Virus record (IMG/VR): IMGVR_UViG_3300027749_000034
Reading direction: 5' to 3' (one strand)
Origin: a virus
Lineage: Duplodnaviria; Caudoviricetes
DNA length: 64,000 bases
Part shown: positions 56,203-63,885 of the stretch, piece by piece
How positions within the stretch are numbered: position 1 is the first letter of the stretch
Layout of the letters: each line of letters opens with the position of its first letter
Made by a program: the position numbers and the translations under genes
The notes under the pieces: model-generated
Databases searched by the model: none
Told to the model about the DNA's origin: nothing
The model's input: the letters and a program-made list of their open reading frames with translations, nothing else

Positions 56203-56514
56203 ATGTCCAGACCCAAGCCAACCATTCTCCTTACCAATACTAACCCTCGCACATACAAAAGCGAAGAAGTGCTCGCGGCTGACGCCATCTATGCTGTATT
56301 CTACAAAGATAAACCCATCAATCTTCGTACACTAAACAGCCTAGTAAGTTATCCAGGCCCTAAATACAAAAAAGTCAGTTTCTCTAATCCAGGACATGCT
56401 TTTAACCTTGCTGATCGTTTAAATAAAATGTTCAAAGTTGAAGATTTTTCAGTCGTTGAATTAAAACAAGGACGCCGTATCAATGAGCAAGGAAATTCCT
56501 TTAAAGATCACTGA
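56203..56514 (+). CDS. Basic hypothetical protein (late)
   Basis: MSRPKP...GPKYKKVSFSNPGHA. Confidence 0.7.
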   Translation: MSRPKPTILLTNTNPRTYKSEEVLAADAIYAVFYKDKPINLRTLNSLVSYPGPKYKKVSFSNPGHAFNLADRLNKMFKVEDFSVVELKQGRRINEQGNSFKDH

Positions 56515-56866
56515 GTATCTGGCTCAGTACCCTGTTCCGCACATTTGGGCAAGCACTAAGATAACGCCTTACACGGTGTTTAAAAATTATCAACCAGGCC
56601 GTCAAAAAGGTCTTCGTTTAACCAGCTTTGGTTGGGAACTGATGCGACCTCATTTTAGGTATTGGTCTTATCAATGTCCTGTTGGTTGGAGTCCCAAGCC
56701 TGGTCACCTAATAGGCCTAGAGCGACATCTGGATTGGCCATACTATCACGGAGCCGGTTACTTTCGTATATTCGGCGAACAGGATGCAATGGAAATTCGA
56801 TTGGTCAATGAAGATATCATATTATGGTTAGATGGGCTGAGTCGAAAAGCACAAGGCAAAGGTTAG
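56483..56866 (+). CDS. Hypothetical Trp-rich protein
   Basis: ORF track; AAGGA SD. Confidence 0.6.
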   Translation: MSKEIPLKITEYLAQYPVPHIWASTKITPYTVFKNYQPGRQKGLRLTSFGWELMRPHFRYWSYQCPVGWSPKPGHLIGLERHLDWPYYHGAGYFRIFGEQDAMEIRLVNEDIILWLDGLSRKAQGKG

Positions 56867-56888
56867 CGTCGGTAACTTCTCTGCATCC

Positions 56889-56896
56889 TATAAATA
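56889..56896 (+). promoter_or_regulatory. Perfect T4 late promoter TATAAATA, 5 nt before ATG 56902
   Basis: Exact T4 consensus. Confidence 0.7.
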
Positions 56897-56901
56897 TCAA
56901 C

Positions 56902-57336
56902 ATGCAAAATTGGCAACCATATGTTAGAGCCGGGTGGGAAATTGTTGTAGAAGCCCAGGGTGCTAGTCAGACTTTTTTAGAGCCTGATGTAGAGGCATTT
57001 TTAGTTCACACCATTGCCCGCACAATGGAACGCACTGATATTTGGAACGAACCAATTGCCATTAAAATTCTAAGCGCACAGTCCCTGCCAGGTATCAAGC
57101 GAAAACCAATCATGCGAGAGATTGGAGAAGAATGCTTGTTCATTGATGGGTGGGGTATCAAGCAACCAAGATGGCCTAATCCTAAATACTTTGCTGACAT
57201 GGGAGAAATTGCATTTGGCATGGCCAGTACCTCATCCAATCCTGCAGATGAGCTGTTAGAGTTAGTGAGTACTAACTTTGTGCGTATGAGTTCCATATTA
57301 AAGCAGGCAAAAACGCTGTTTCTGCTTAAAAATTAA
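56902..57336 (+). CDS. Hypothetical protein
   Basis: ORF track; start chosen from promoter spacing. Confidence 0.6.
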   Translation: MQNWQPYVRAGWEIVVEAQGASQTFLEPDVEAFLVHTIARTMERTDIWNEPIAIKILSAQSLPGIKRKPIMREIGEECLFIDGWGIKQPRWPNPKYFADMGEIAFGMASTSSNPADELLELVSTNFVRMSSILKQAKTLFLLKN

Positions 57337-57344
57337 GCAATAAG

Positions 57345-57364
57345 TTGTTGTAAAAATACAACAA
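57345..57364. repeat. Perfect inverted repeat TTGTTGTA-AAAA-TACAACAA
   Basis: 8-bp arms just upstream of an early promoter. Confidence 0.75.
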
Positions 57365-57382
57365 AAATAGTCAAAAAACAGG

Positions 57383-57411
57383 TTGACTCTTGGCTCTAGT
57401 TGCCATATAAT
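57383..57411 (+). promoter_or_regulatory. Sigma70-like early promoter
   Basis: TTGACT, 17 nt, TATAAT. Confidence 0.75.
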
Positions 57412-57420
57412 AGTAACACT

Positions 57421-57585
57421 ATGAAACGGACAATCCTTACTTTAAAGTTTAAAGCGCCAAAGCGTAGAGCTATTGAGCTGTACCATGCTGACAGTCCTTT
57501 TAGGGCCAAAGTTGTGGAAAGCAAAAAAGTCTACAAAAGAGGTGCTAAGAACCAAAAAGAGGTTGACAAGGATCTGGGTCTGTAG
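57421..57585 (+). CDS. Small basic early protein
   Basis: ATG 9 nt after the -10 box; Lys/Arg-rich. Confidence 0.5.
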   Translation: MKRTILTLKFKAPKRRAIELYHADSPFRAKVVESKKVYKRGAKNQKEVDKDLGL

Positions 57586-57591
57586 TATAGT
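57563..57591 (+). promoter_or_regulatory. Sigma70-like early promoter
   Basis: TTGACA, 17 nt, TATAGT. Confidence 0.65.
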
Positions 57592-57597
57592 ATACAT

Positions 57598-57618
57598 ATT
57601 GCGGAACAGTTCCGCAAT
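57598..57618. repeat. 21-bp palindrome ATTGCGGAAC-A-GTTCCGCAAT
   Basis: 10-bp perfect arms at the predicted transcription start. Confidence 0.75.
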
Positions 57619-57646
57619 GTTTTTAAACACACACAGGAGTATTTTT

Positions 57647-58003
57647 ATGTCTAAAGTTCTTTCGCAAACACCTACCGCAATCCGTAAGCGTGAAGCTCGT
57701 GCCCGGGCCAAGTCCATGGCATCTGTTGCTACTGCTCCAATTGCGCCTGCTGTTGTCACTGCCGCAATTGAAGCAGTTACCAACGGTGAGACTTTTACCC
57801 ATGTTGGATATGCTGTTAGCAAAAACGGCAAAGGTGCAGTTCGTTACACAAACGACAAGCGCCGTACTCGTACTCTAGTCCGTGCAGGTTGCACAGATGT
57901 CAAGTTTGTCGAGTTGCCTTTTGCAATGACAAAAGAAGCCATTGATGCTTCTGAGTTTGTTGCTCAAGTTAGCCCTGCAGTTTCTGCAGAAGCAGTTGCG
58001 TGA
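57647..58003 (+). CDS. Early hypothetical protein, Ala-rich
   Basis: AGGAG SD at 57635. Confidence 0.7.
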   Translation: MSKVLSQTPTAIRKREARARAKSMASVATAPIAPAVVTAAIEAVTNGETFTHVGYAVSKNGKGAVRYTNDKRRTRTLVRAGCTDVKFVELPFAMTKEAIDASEFVAQVSPAVSAEAVA

Positions 58004-58008
58004 TAACA

Positions 58009-58044
58009 ACAGGGGTTGACAACAACCCCTGTGTTTGCTATAAT
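58009..58044 (+). promoter_or_regulatory. Sigma70-like promoter with hairpin over the -35 box
   Basis: TTGACA (58016), 17 nt, TATAAT (58039); ACAGGGGTTG-ACAA-CAACCCCTGT. Confidence 0.75.
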
Positions 58045-58082
58045 TATTTTATTAATTAACAACCCCTAGTAGGAGCCACCAA

Positions 58083-59180
58083 ATGGGAAATCAAGTAGAA
58101 ACCCGCACCGTTAAAATTAGCGAGTGCAAACCTATCCTGCGCCGAGCAGTACAAAAGCGTCGACCAGTCTTTGTCTGGGGCCCTCCGGGCGTAGGCAAAA
58201 GTGACATGGTAAACCAGGTTGCCGCAGAATGGCCCAATTCCGCAGTCGTGGACTTGCGTATGGCCCTAATGGATCCTACAGATATTAAGGGTGTCCCTTA
58301 TTATAGTGCAGGTGACAATACTATGAAGTGGGCTACCCCTTCAGAATTGCCTACCGAGGAATTTGCAAAAGAATACGACATTGTATTCTTGTTCTTGGAC
58401 GAGCTTAACTCTGCTCCTCCTGCTGTACAGGCCGCGGCCTATCAGCTTATCCTTAACCGCAAAGTTGGACAGTATAAACTGCCAGACAATGTTGTACTAA
58501 TTGCCGCAGGCAACCGAATGGGTGATAAAGGTGTCACCTATCGTATGCCTAGCCCACTGGCCAACCGCTTCATGCACTTGGAAATCCGTGTGGACTTTGA
58601 AGACTGGGAACAATGGGCCATCATGCATGAAGTCCATCCGCATGTGGTTGGCTTCTTGAAGCAGTTCAAAGGCGACTTATACAACTTTGATCCTACGCAA
58701 CACGACCGTGCCTTTGCTACTCCTCGTACATGGAGTTTTGTAAGCGACATGATTGATGACGACATGCCAGACAGCGCCAACACAGACATGGTATCTGGCC
58801 TAGTAGGTGAAGGTATGGCAATTAAGTTTATGAGCCATCGTAAACATGCCGCAGACTTGCCAGCGCCAGAAGATGTGCTGTCAGGCAAAGTTACCACTTT
58901 CAAGAGCAAAGAGGTAAGTGCCGCTTATGCAATGGTTACCAGCTTGAGCTACGAACTTCGTACACGATACGAATCCGGCAAGCGGAGCGGCAAGTTGGAC
59001 GAGTTCAACAAGAGTGCAGATAACTGGCTAGGTTTTATGATGAGTAACTTTGAACCAGAGATGGTTATCATGGGAGCTCATACTGTATTGAAGTCCTACA
59101 AGGTAGTGTTTGATCGTAAGAAGATGACCAACTTCCCCGAGTTCTTCAAACGCTATGCCAACTTACTCACAGACGAGTAA
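58083..59180 (+). CDS. MoxR-like AAA+ ATPase
   Basis: WGPPGVGKS (Walker A), LFLDE (Walker B), AAGN, PLANRF (Arg finger), TPRTW. Confidence 0.9.
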   Translation: MGNQVETRTVKISECKPILRRAVQKRRPVFVWGPPGVGKSDMVNQVAAEWPNSAVVDLRMALMDPTDIKGVPYYSAGDNTMKWATPSELPTEEFAKEYDIVFLFLDELNSAPPAVQAAAYQLILNRKVGQYKLPDNVVLIAAGNRMGDKGVTYRMPSPLANRFMHLEIRVDFEDWEQWAIMHEVHPHVVGFLKQFKGDLYNFDPTQHDRAFATPRTWSFVSDMIDDDMPDSANTDMVSGLVGEGMAIKFMSHRKHAADLPAPEDVLSGKVTTFKSKEVSAAYAMVTSLSYELRTRYESGKRSGKLDEFNKSADNWLGFMMSNFEPEMVIMGAHTVLKSYKVVFDRKKMTNFPEFFKRYANLLTDE

Positions 59181-59505
59181 ACGACAAAGGAACTGGGCCG
59201 TACTTGAAATAATGTACGGCTCAGAAGCCCGCCAAGTTTGGACGGATCAGCCCCCTACCCCATCTGATGTTAGCGAGTGGCTCCGCGAACAAAGGAAGAG
59301 TTGGTCCGTCCGACCTTACCCCAAAGGAGCCACAATTAATGAAGTTACCAGATGGGCCAGGGAACAGGGATTAAAGCGATTAGATTGGGACTTTGTACCA
59401 AAGCAATACGTCTGGTTTAGAGAACCACAAGTAGCAATGATTTGGGATATTTCAGGACCACAAAATAAAGTAGAAAAAACGGTTGACCTGAATCAGGATA
59501 CATAG
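59155..59505 (+). CDS. Hypothetical Trp-rich protein between MoxR and vWA genes
   Basis: ORF track; ends VWFREPQVAMIW. Confidence 0.5.
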   Translation: MPTYSQTSKRQRNWAVLEIMYGSEARQVWTDQPPTPSDVSEWLREQRKSWSVRPYPKGATINEVTRWAREQGLKRLDWDFVPKQYVWFREPQVAMIWDISGPQNKVEKTVDLNQDT

Positions 59506-59511
59506 TATAAT
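59483..59511 (+). promoter_or_regulatory. Sigma70-like promoter for the vWA gene
   Basis: TTGACC, 17 nt, TATAAT; CCTGA-A-TCAGG palindrome. Confidence 0.7.
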
Positions 59512-59544
59512 ACATACATATACAAACAAGTTGGAGCCACCAAA

Positions 59545-60753
59545 ATGTCAAAGATGATTGCTAGAGACAAACTAATTAAGAGCCGTGTTGCTATGCTGTT
59601 AAAGTATCCGTTCTGGGGTCCTCTTGCGGCACGTCTTATTCTAGAAGAAGTTGAATGGTGCAATACTATTGCAACAGACGGTCGTAAATTTTACTACAAC
59701 AAGGCATTCGTTGACAAGCTCAGCGATGGTGAAATGATTTTTGGCTTTGGCCACGAACTTGGACATATCATCTTTGAGCACATGACACGCCGTGGCGACC
59801 GTGTGCCACAAATTTGGAACATGGCAGGTGACTATGTTATCAACAACATGCTGATCCGTGAAAGCGTTGGCACTCCAATTACAGCCGTTTCCATCTTGGC
59901 AGATCGCAAGTACGAAGGCAAAACTGCCGACGAAGTCTATGACGACTTGTTTGACAATGCTGTAAAAATTCAAGTTACCTTAGACGACCACTTGGACATG
60001 GAAGGTGATGGCGATGGCGAAGGCGAAGGTAACGGGCCTGGCAAAGACGGCAAAGGCAGGCCCAAGTTTAAGAAACTGTCAGAAGAAGAAAAGAAAGCCC
60101 TGCGCGATGAATGGCGTGAAGCTGTGATACAGGCCGCCAAGCAAGCAGGCGCAGGCAATACTCCTGCCGCTATCCAGCGTCTGGTTAAAGATGTTACTGC
60201 TCCTGTAATGGATTTGAAGGACTTGTTGCGTATTCAATTTAGTGGCTCTGTTAAAAGCGACTACACATGGATGCGTCCAAACCGCAAGGGCTGGCACACC
60301 GGTGCAGTATTGCCTGGACAATTACCTGGTGAAGAGCTTGACATTGTAGTGGCATTAGATGCATCTGGTTCCATTGATGAAGGCATGTTGATGGACTTCC
60401 TGGGCATGGTGCAAGGTAGCTTGGATCAGTTTACTTCTTACAAGGTACGGATAGTTACATTTGATACAGATGTATACCACGAAGATACATTTACCGGTGA
60501 TGACGGTCGTAGCATGGGTGAATATCAAGTTACCGGTGGCGGCGGAACAGACTTTGCTTGTGTATGGCAATGGATGAAAGATAACGATGTTAACCCGCAT
60601 CAACTTGTAATGTTCACAGACGGCTACCCGTTTGGCACTTGGGGCGACCCAGACTACTGCGACACGCTGTTTGTTGTACACGGAAGCAACGAAATTACAG
60701 CACCGTTTGGTATCACTGCCAATTATGTTCCACCAGGAAGAAAACGGAATTAA
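59545..60753 (+). CDS. Metallopeptidase-like + vWA domain protein (DUF2201-type MoxR partner)
   Basis: IATDG, HELGH (HExxH), acidic Gly linker, DASGS MIDAS, GGGTDF, FTDG. Confidence 0.88.
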   Translation: MSKMIARDKLIKSRVAMLLKYPFWGPLAARLILEEVEWCNTIATDGRKFYYNKAFVDKLSDGEMIFGFGHELGHIIFEHMTRRGDRVPQIWNMAGDYVINNMLIRESVGTPITAVSILADRKYEGKTADEVYDDLFDNAVKIQVTLDDHLDMEGDGDGEGEGNGPGKDGKGRPKFKKLSEEEKKALRDEWREAVIQAAKQAGAGNTPAAIQRLVKDVTAPVMDLKDLLRIQFSGSVKSDYTWMRPNRKGWHTGAVLPGQLPGEELDIVVALDASGSIDEGMLMDFLGMVQGSLDQFTSYKVRIVTFDTDVYHEDTFTGDDGRSMGEYQVTGGGGTDFACVWQWMKDNDVNPHQLVMFTDGYPFGTWGDPDYCDTLFVVHGSNEITAPFGITANYVPPGRKRN

Positions 60754-60769
60754 TTTTACTACACTTGTT

Positions 60770-60797
60770 AAAACGCACTACGGTGCGTTTTTTTTTT
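60770..60797 (+). terminator. Rho-independent terminator
   Basis: AAAACGCAC-TACG-GTGCGTTTT followed by a long T run; cUACGg tetraloop. Confidence 0.92.
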
Positions 60798-60822
60798 GGT
60801 CTAACATCCGGTTCTCCAATGC

Positions 60823-60830
60823 TATAAGTA
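60823..60830 (+). promoter_or_regulatory. Late promoter TATAAGTA
   Basis: Just after the terminator; AGGAG SD before 60869. Confidence 0.55.
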
Positions 60831-60868
60831 TCTAAGGACAAATTCCGTTCTAACCTAGGAGATTTTAA

Positions 60869-61150
60869 ATGGAACAAGATACAGTAGTAAATGAAGCACC
60901 GGCAACTGAAGCGCCAGCCGCAGTGGTAGGGTTAACATTACAAGATTTAAGAGTGCTTGCTGGTTCAATTGAACTTGGCGCACAGCGTGGTGCATATCGC
61001 GCACAAGAGATGGAAGTCATTGGTTCAACCTATAACAAATTGGCCAAGTTTCTAGAAGCCAATGCACCAAAAGAAGAAGAGGCACCAGCTTCAACCGAAG
61101 GCGCACCCACTGGCGTAGAAGTTACCGAAACTGCTACTTCAGCTGAATAA
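60869..61150 (+). CDS. Hypothetical acidic protein
   Basis: LTLQDL...RGAYRAQE...YNKL core. Confidence 0.7.
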   Translation: MEQDTVVNEAPATEAPAAVVGLTLQDLRVLAGSIELGAQRGAYRAQEMEVIGSTYNKLAKFLEANAPKEEEAPASTEGAPTGVEVTETATSAE

Positions 61151-61165
61151 TTAAGGAGGTTACCA

Positions 61166-61759
61166 ATGGCACAATTTATCAAACACGTCGGTGTTAATAT
61201 TAACGGCAAAAAAGTAGTTGTTGTTTTTAGAGAGGTACCAGGCGAGCCTGAATCGGCATTGGTAATCCTAACTGAATCATTGCCAACAAATCATCATGAT
61301 GATTTAATAAAAGCAATCGAAAGTAATCCTTGTCAGAGTTCGATGGATCCAAGTGAGTTTCTGTTTCGACAATCATTTCATGACGGTACCAATATGTTAA
61401 ACACCGTACATCAAAAAGGATGGATGGTTAAAGTTCCTACAAAAAGTATTTTAATGGTTCCTTCGCCTGGCGTTGAAATTAACTTGGTTGAGTTAAACAA
61501 ACAACTAAAGGGCATTGCAAATACCAGCGCCGCAAGTGGTACTAGATCAGCAGATATTGCAAATACATCATCGCCGTCGGCACCTGGTGTACTAGATGAT
61601 GCGGCACTTGCATCAAAGTTTCGTTCGCAAGCTATGACATTTCAAGCCGAAGCTCGCAAGCTTTTAGAGGAGGCAGAGAAACTTGACCCAAAAGGACAGG
61701 TAGCAGTAGAAGAGGTAAAGCGAGGCCGAGGGCGGCCAGCAAAAGTACAAGTGGTTTAA
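61166..61759 (+). CDS. Hypothetical protein with C-terminal AT-hook-like motif
   Basis: AAGGAGG SD; ends KRGRGRPAK. Confidence 0.7.
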   Translation: MAQFIKHVGVNINGKKVVVVFREVPGEPESALVILTESLPTNHHDDLIKAIESNPCQSSMDPSEFLFRQSFHDGTNMLNTVHQKGWMVKVPTKSILMVPSPGVEINLVELNKQLKGIANTSAASGTRSADIANTSSPSAPGVLDDAALASKFRSQAMTFQAEARKLLEEAEKLDPKGQVAVEEVKRGRGRPAKVQVV

Positions 61760-61802
61760 ATACACGCATACTTGATCGTATTAAATCTTTTTGGAGTAGA
61801 TA

Positions 61803-62102
61803 ATGAGTATTCGAAAGAAGGACAGAAGTTTTGAGAACATGCTTAAAGATATTCGTGTTGAAGAAGTTCCTGTTGAATACATAGATTGGATTAAAGTTTA
61901 TCTTAATGATGGCACAGAAATTATTTTTAAGAAAGAAGATTTGACCGATATTAAAACTAGCAAAGAAGTTTTAGCAATAAAACAACTTGAACAATACCTA
62001 GATCGTATTGTTGATTTTGAAGTAATGATGAATAGCGAGTTGATTAAATCTAGAGTAACTCGATTTGTTGGTGCATTACTGGCAACACATTTTGAGAGAT
62101 AA
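61803..62102 (+). CDS. Hypothetical protein
   Basis: GGAG SD; TAAATA at 61757. Confidence 0.65.
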   Translation: MSIRKKDRSFENMLKDIRVEEVPVEYIDWIKVYLNDGTEIIFKKEDLTDIKTSKEVLAIKQLEQYLDRIVDFEVMMNSELIKSRVTRFVGALLATHFER

Positions 62103-62104
62103 AC

Positions 62105-62809
62105 ATGGACCTATTATTAGTAAACCCGCCTGATACTGCAATGAATTATATTTTTGCTCTCTTAGAGAAAGAAATTGATTTAACAGTTGTAGTAACGCAC
62201 AACCGTTTCAATGCCGAAATGCTGGATCGGAGTTTGATTAAAGTAATTGATCTAGAAACATCTATATGGGATAGCACAGAAGAGATTACATCTGCTATTT
62301 CTTGGAATCGACCCGGGCAGGATTTTTTAGATTCAATTGCTGGACAAATTGCATTGTCCAATTCAAAGGGATTACTGCAAGAACGACAGCGGCTACAAAT
62401 AGATCCAAAAATTCAGGTTGGTACATATATGCTTGATCTATTGTCGTACAAAGGTCGGCATGTACTTTGTAGTGTTATGATTCGACAAGAAGAAATATTC
62501 AGATTCCAAGAAGATCAAGATTCGGCAGAGTTTAAAAATAATGTAGAAACGGCTTTTCAAACAGTAGATGACGCTGGTATTATCAACGGGCCAAGTAGAG
62601 TGTTTATAACAGGCGACTTGGTTGCATTAAAACCATCATTGCCGGATCGTGCATTTTTAGAAAGAAAAGTTGCCAAGCGATTTCTTGATGTGTGGCCAAA
62701 TGTTATAAAATTTGAAAAAGACAACCCAAAGAAAGCACATCTTACATTTTATGATTGGGTAGAAAAGTACGGTAATGCAAAACGATATAGTTTAAATCTT
62801 ACTGGTTAA
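62105..62809 (+). CDS. Hypothetical protein
   Basis: ORF track; possibly a degenerate ATP-grasp fold (not confirmed). Confidence 0.5.
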   Translation: MDLLLVNPPDTAMNYIFALLEKEIDLTVVVTHNRFNAEMLDRSLIKVIDLETSIWDSTEEITSAISWNRPGQDFLDSIAGQIALSNSKGLLQERQRLQIDPKIQVGTYMLDLLSYKGRHVLCSVMIRQEEIFRFQEDQDSAEFKNNVETAFQTVDDAGIINGPSRVFITGDLVALKPSLPDRAFLERKVAKRFLDVWPNVIKFEKDNPKKAHLTFYDWVEKYGNAKRYSLNLTG

Positions 62810-63258
62810 GTTGGTTTATGGGACTTGAATAATAAGTCCCAAATTGGCAAAAACAATCCAAAGTTTGAATTAGTGTCATGATGGTGAATTAGATGCCATT
62901 TTCCACTGGTTAAAAATGGAGACCAATCAAACTGTTTATTGTGTTCAATTACCTCTTGTAACAATGCGGCCCAGAGATAATAAAATACACTTAGCCACCA
63001 ATAGCCAGTTATCCAAGAAAAGATTAGAGTTGGTATCACCTCAGTTATCCACAAATCTAATGTGCTCATCCATGTATCATTGAATAAGAACAAATTGTTC
63101 CAATGCCATGTTGTTTGTTTGTTTATATTAATATAACGATGGTGATCTGCATGTGCTGTAAATGCAAGTGGTGCAAATTTCAACCCAATTGAATGTATAG
63201 TCCGATGTATTACATACAGATATAAGGTCCAAGTCAAGAAAGAAAAAATGTATTCCAT
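62806..63258 (-). CDS. Sterol desaturase / fatty acid hydroxylase superfamily membrane enzyme
   Basis: His boxes HRTIH, HADHH and HLIHH, then NFG....WD.LF; minus-strand TAAGTA 4 nt upstream. Confidence 0.85.
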   Translation of the reverse strand: MEYIFSFLTWTLYLYVIHRTIHSIGLKFAPLAFTAHADHHRYININKQTTWHWNNLFLFNDTWMSTLDLWITEVIPTLIFSWITGYWWLSVFYYLWAALLQEVIEHNKQFDWSPFLTSGKWHLIHHHDTNSNFGLFLPIWDLLFKSHKPT

Positions 63259-63262
63259 GCTT

Positions 63263-63303
63263 TACTTATTAGAAAAACTGATAAGGGTATACTCCAATAA
63301 ATA
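63263..63303. promoter_or_regulatory. Divergent late promoters
   Basis: Minus-strand TAAGTA (63268-63263) 4 nt before ATG 63258; plus-strand TAAATA (63298-63303) 5 nt before ATG 63309. Confidence 0.6.
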
Positions 63304-63308
63304 TTCGG

Positions 63309-63839
63309 ATGGAATACTACAAAGAGATCAATCTTCCAAATTGGGAGAAAATTCAAAAATTTTGCCTGGAAAAGTGGACAGGTAAATTTACGCTTAGTCA
63401 AACTTTTCAAGGCGAACAATTGCGCTACATTGGAATGCTGTTGAAAAAAGACATCAAAGAAGTACTGGGCATTGATGTCAAAGTTAAAACAGCAATCATG
63501 TTTATAAATGAGCCTAGATTTGTACAAGATATGCATATCGACGGATTTCAAATTGATCGTGCAAATGCCAGTAATACTGCACTTAACTTGCCAATACTAA
63601 ATTGTGACACTGGACTAATGAAATGGTACAGTGGAGAGTTTTATCTTACTGAAAGCCCGCATAAATCTATCAAATATCTGAAAATTAACTGGACCACTGA
63701 GTCAAAGGTCGCTGTTGAAAAAATTATCAATCGGCCAACCATTGTTAAAATAAACATTCCACACCACATTGAAAATCAATGTGACCTGCCAAGATTGATG
63801 TTGAGTGTTCGCTTCACTGAAGACATCCTCATTGGCTAA
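63309..63839 (+). CDS. Hypothetical protein, 2OG-Fe(II)/cupin-like
   Basis: MHIDG, ALNLPI, PHHI, RLMLSVRF. Confidence 0.55.
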   Translation: MEYYKEINLPNWEKIQKFCLEKWTGKFTLSQTFQGEQLRYIGMLLKKDIKEVLGIDVKVKTAIMFINEPRFVQDMHIDGFQIDRANASNTALNLPILNCDTGLMKWYSGEFYLTESPHKSIKYLKINWTTESKVAVEKIINRPTIVKINIPHHIENQCDLPRLMLSVRFTEDILIG

Positions 63840-63885
63840 TCCTCAGCGGATTATTGGCATACATAAATTATATTAGGAGATAGCT

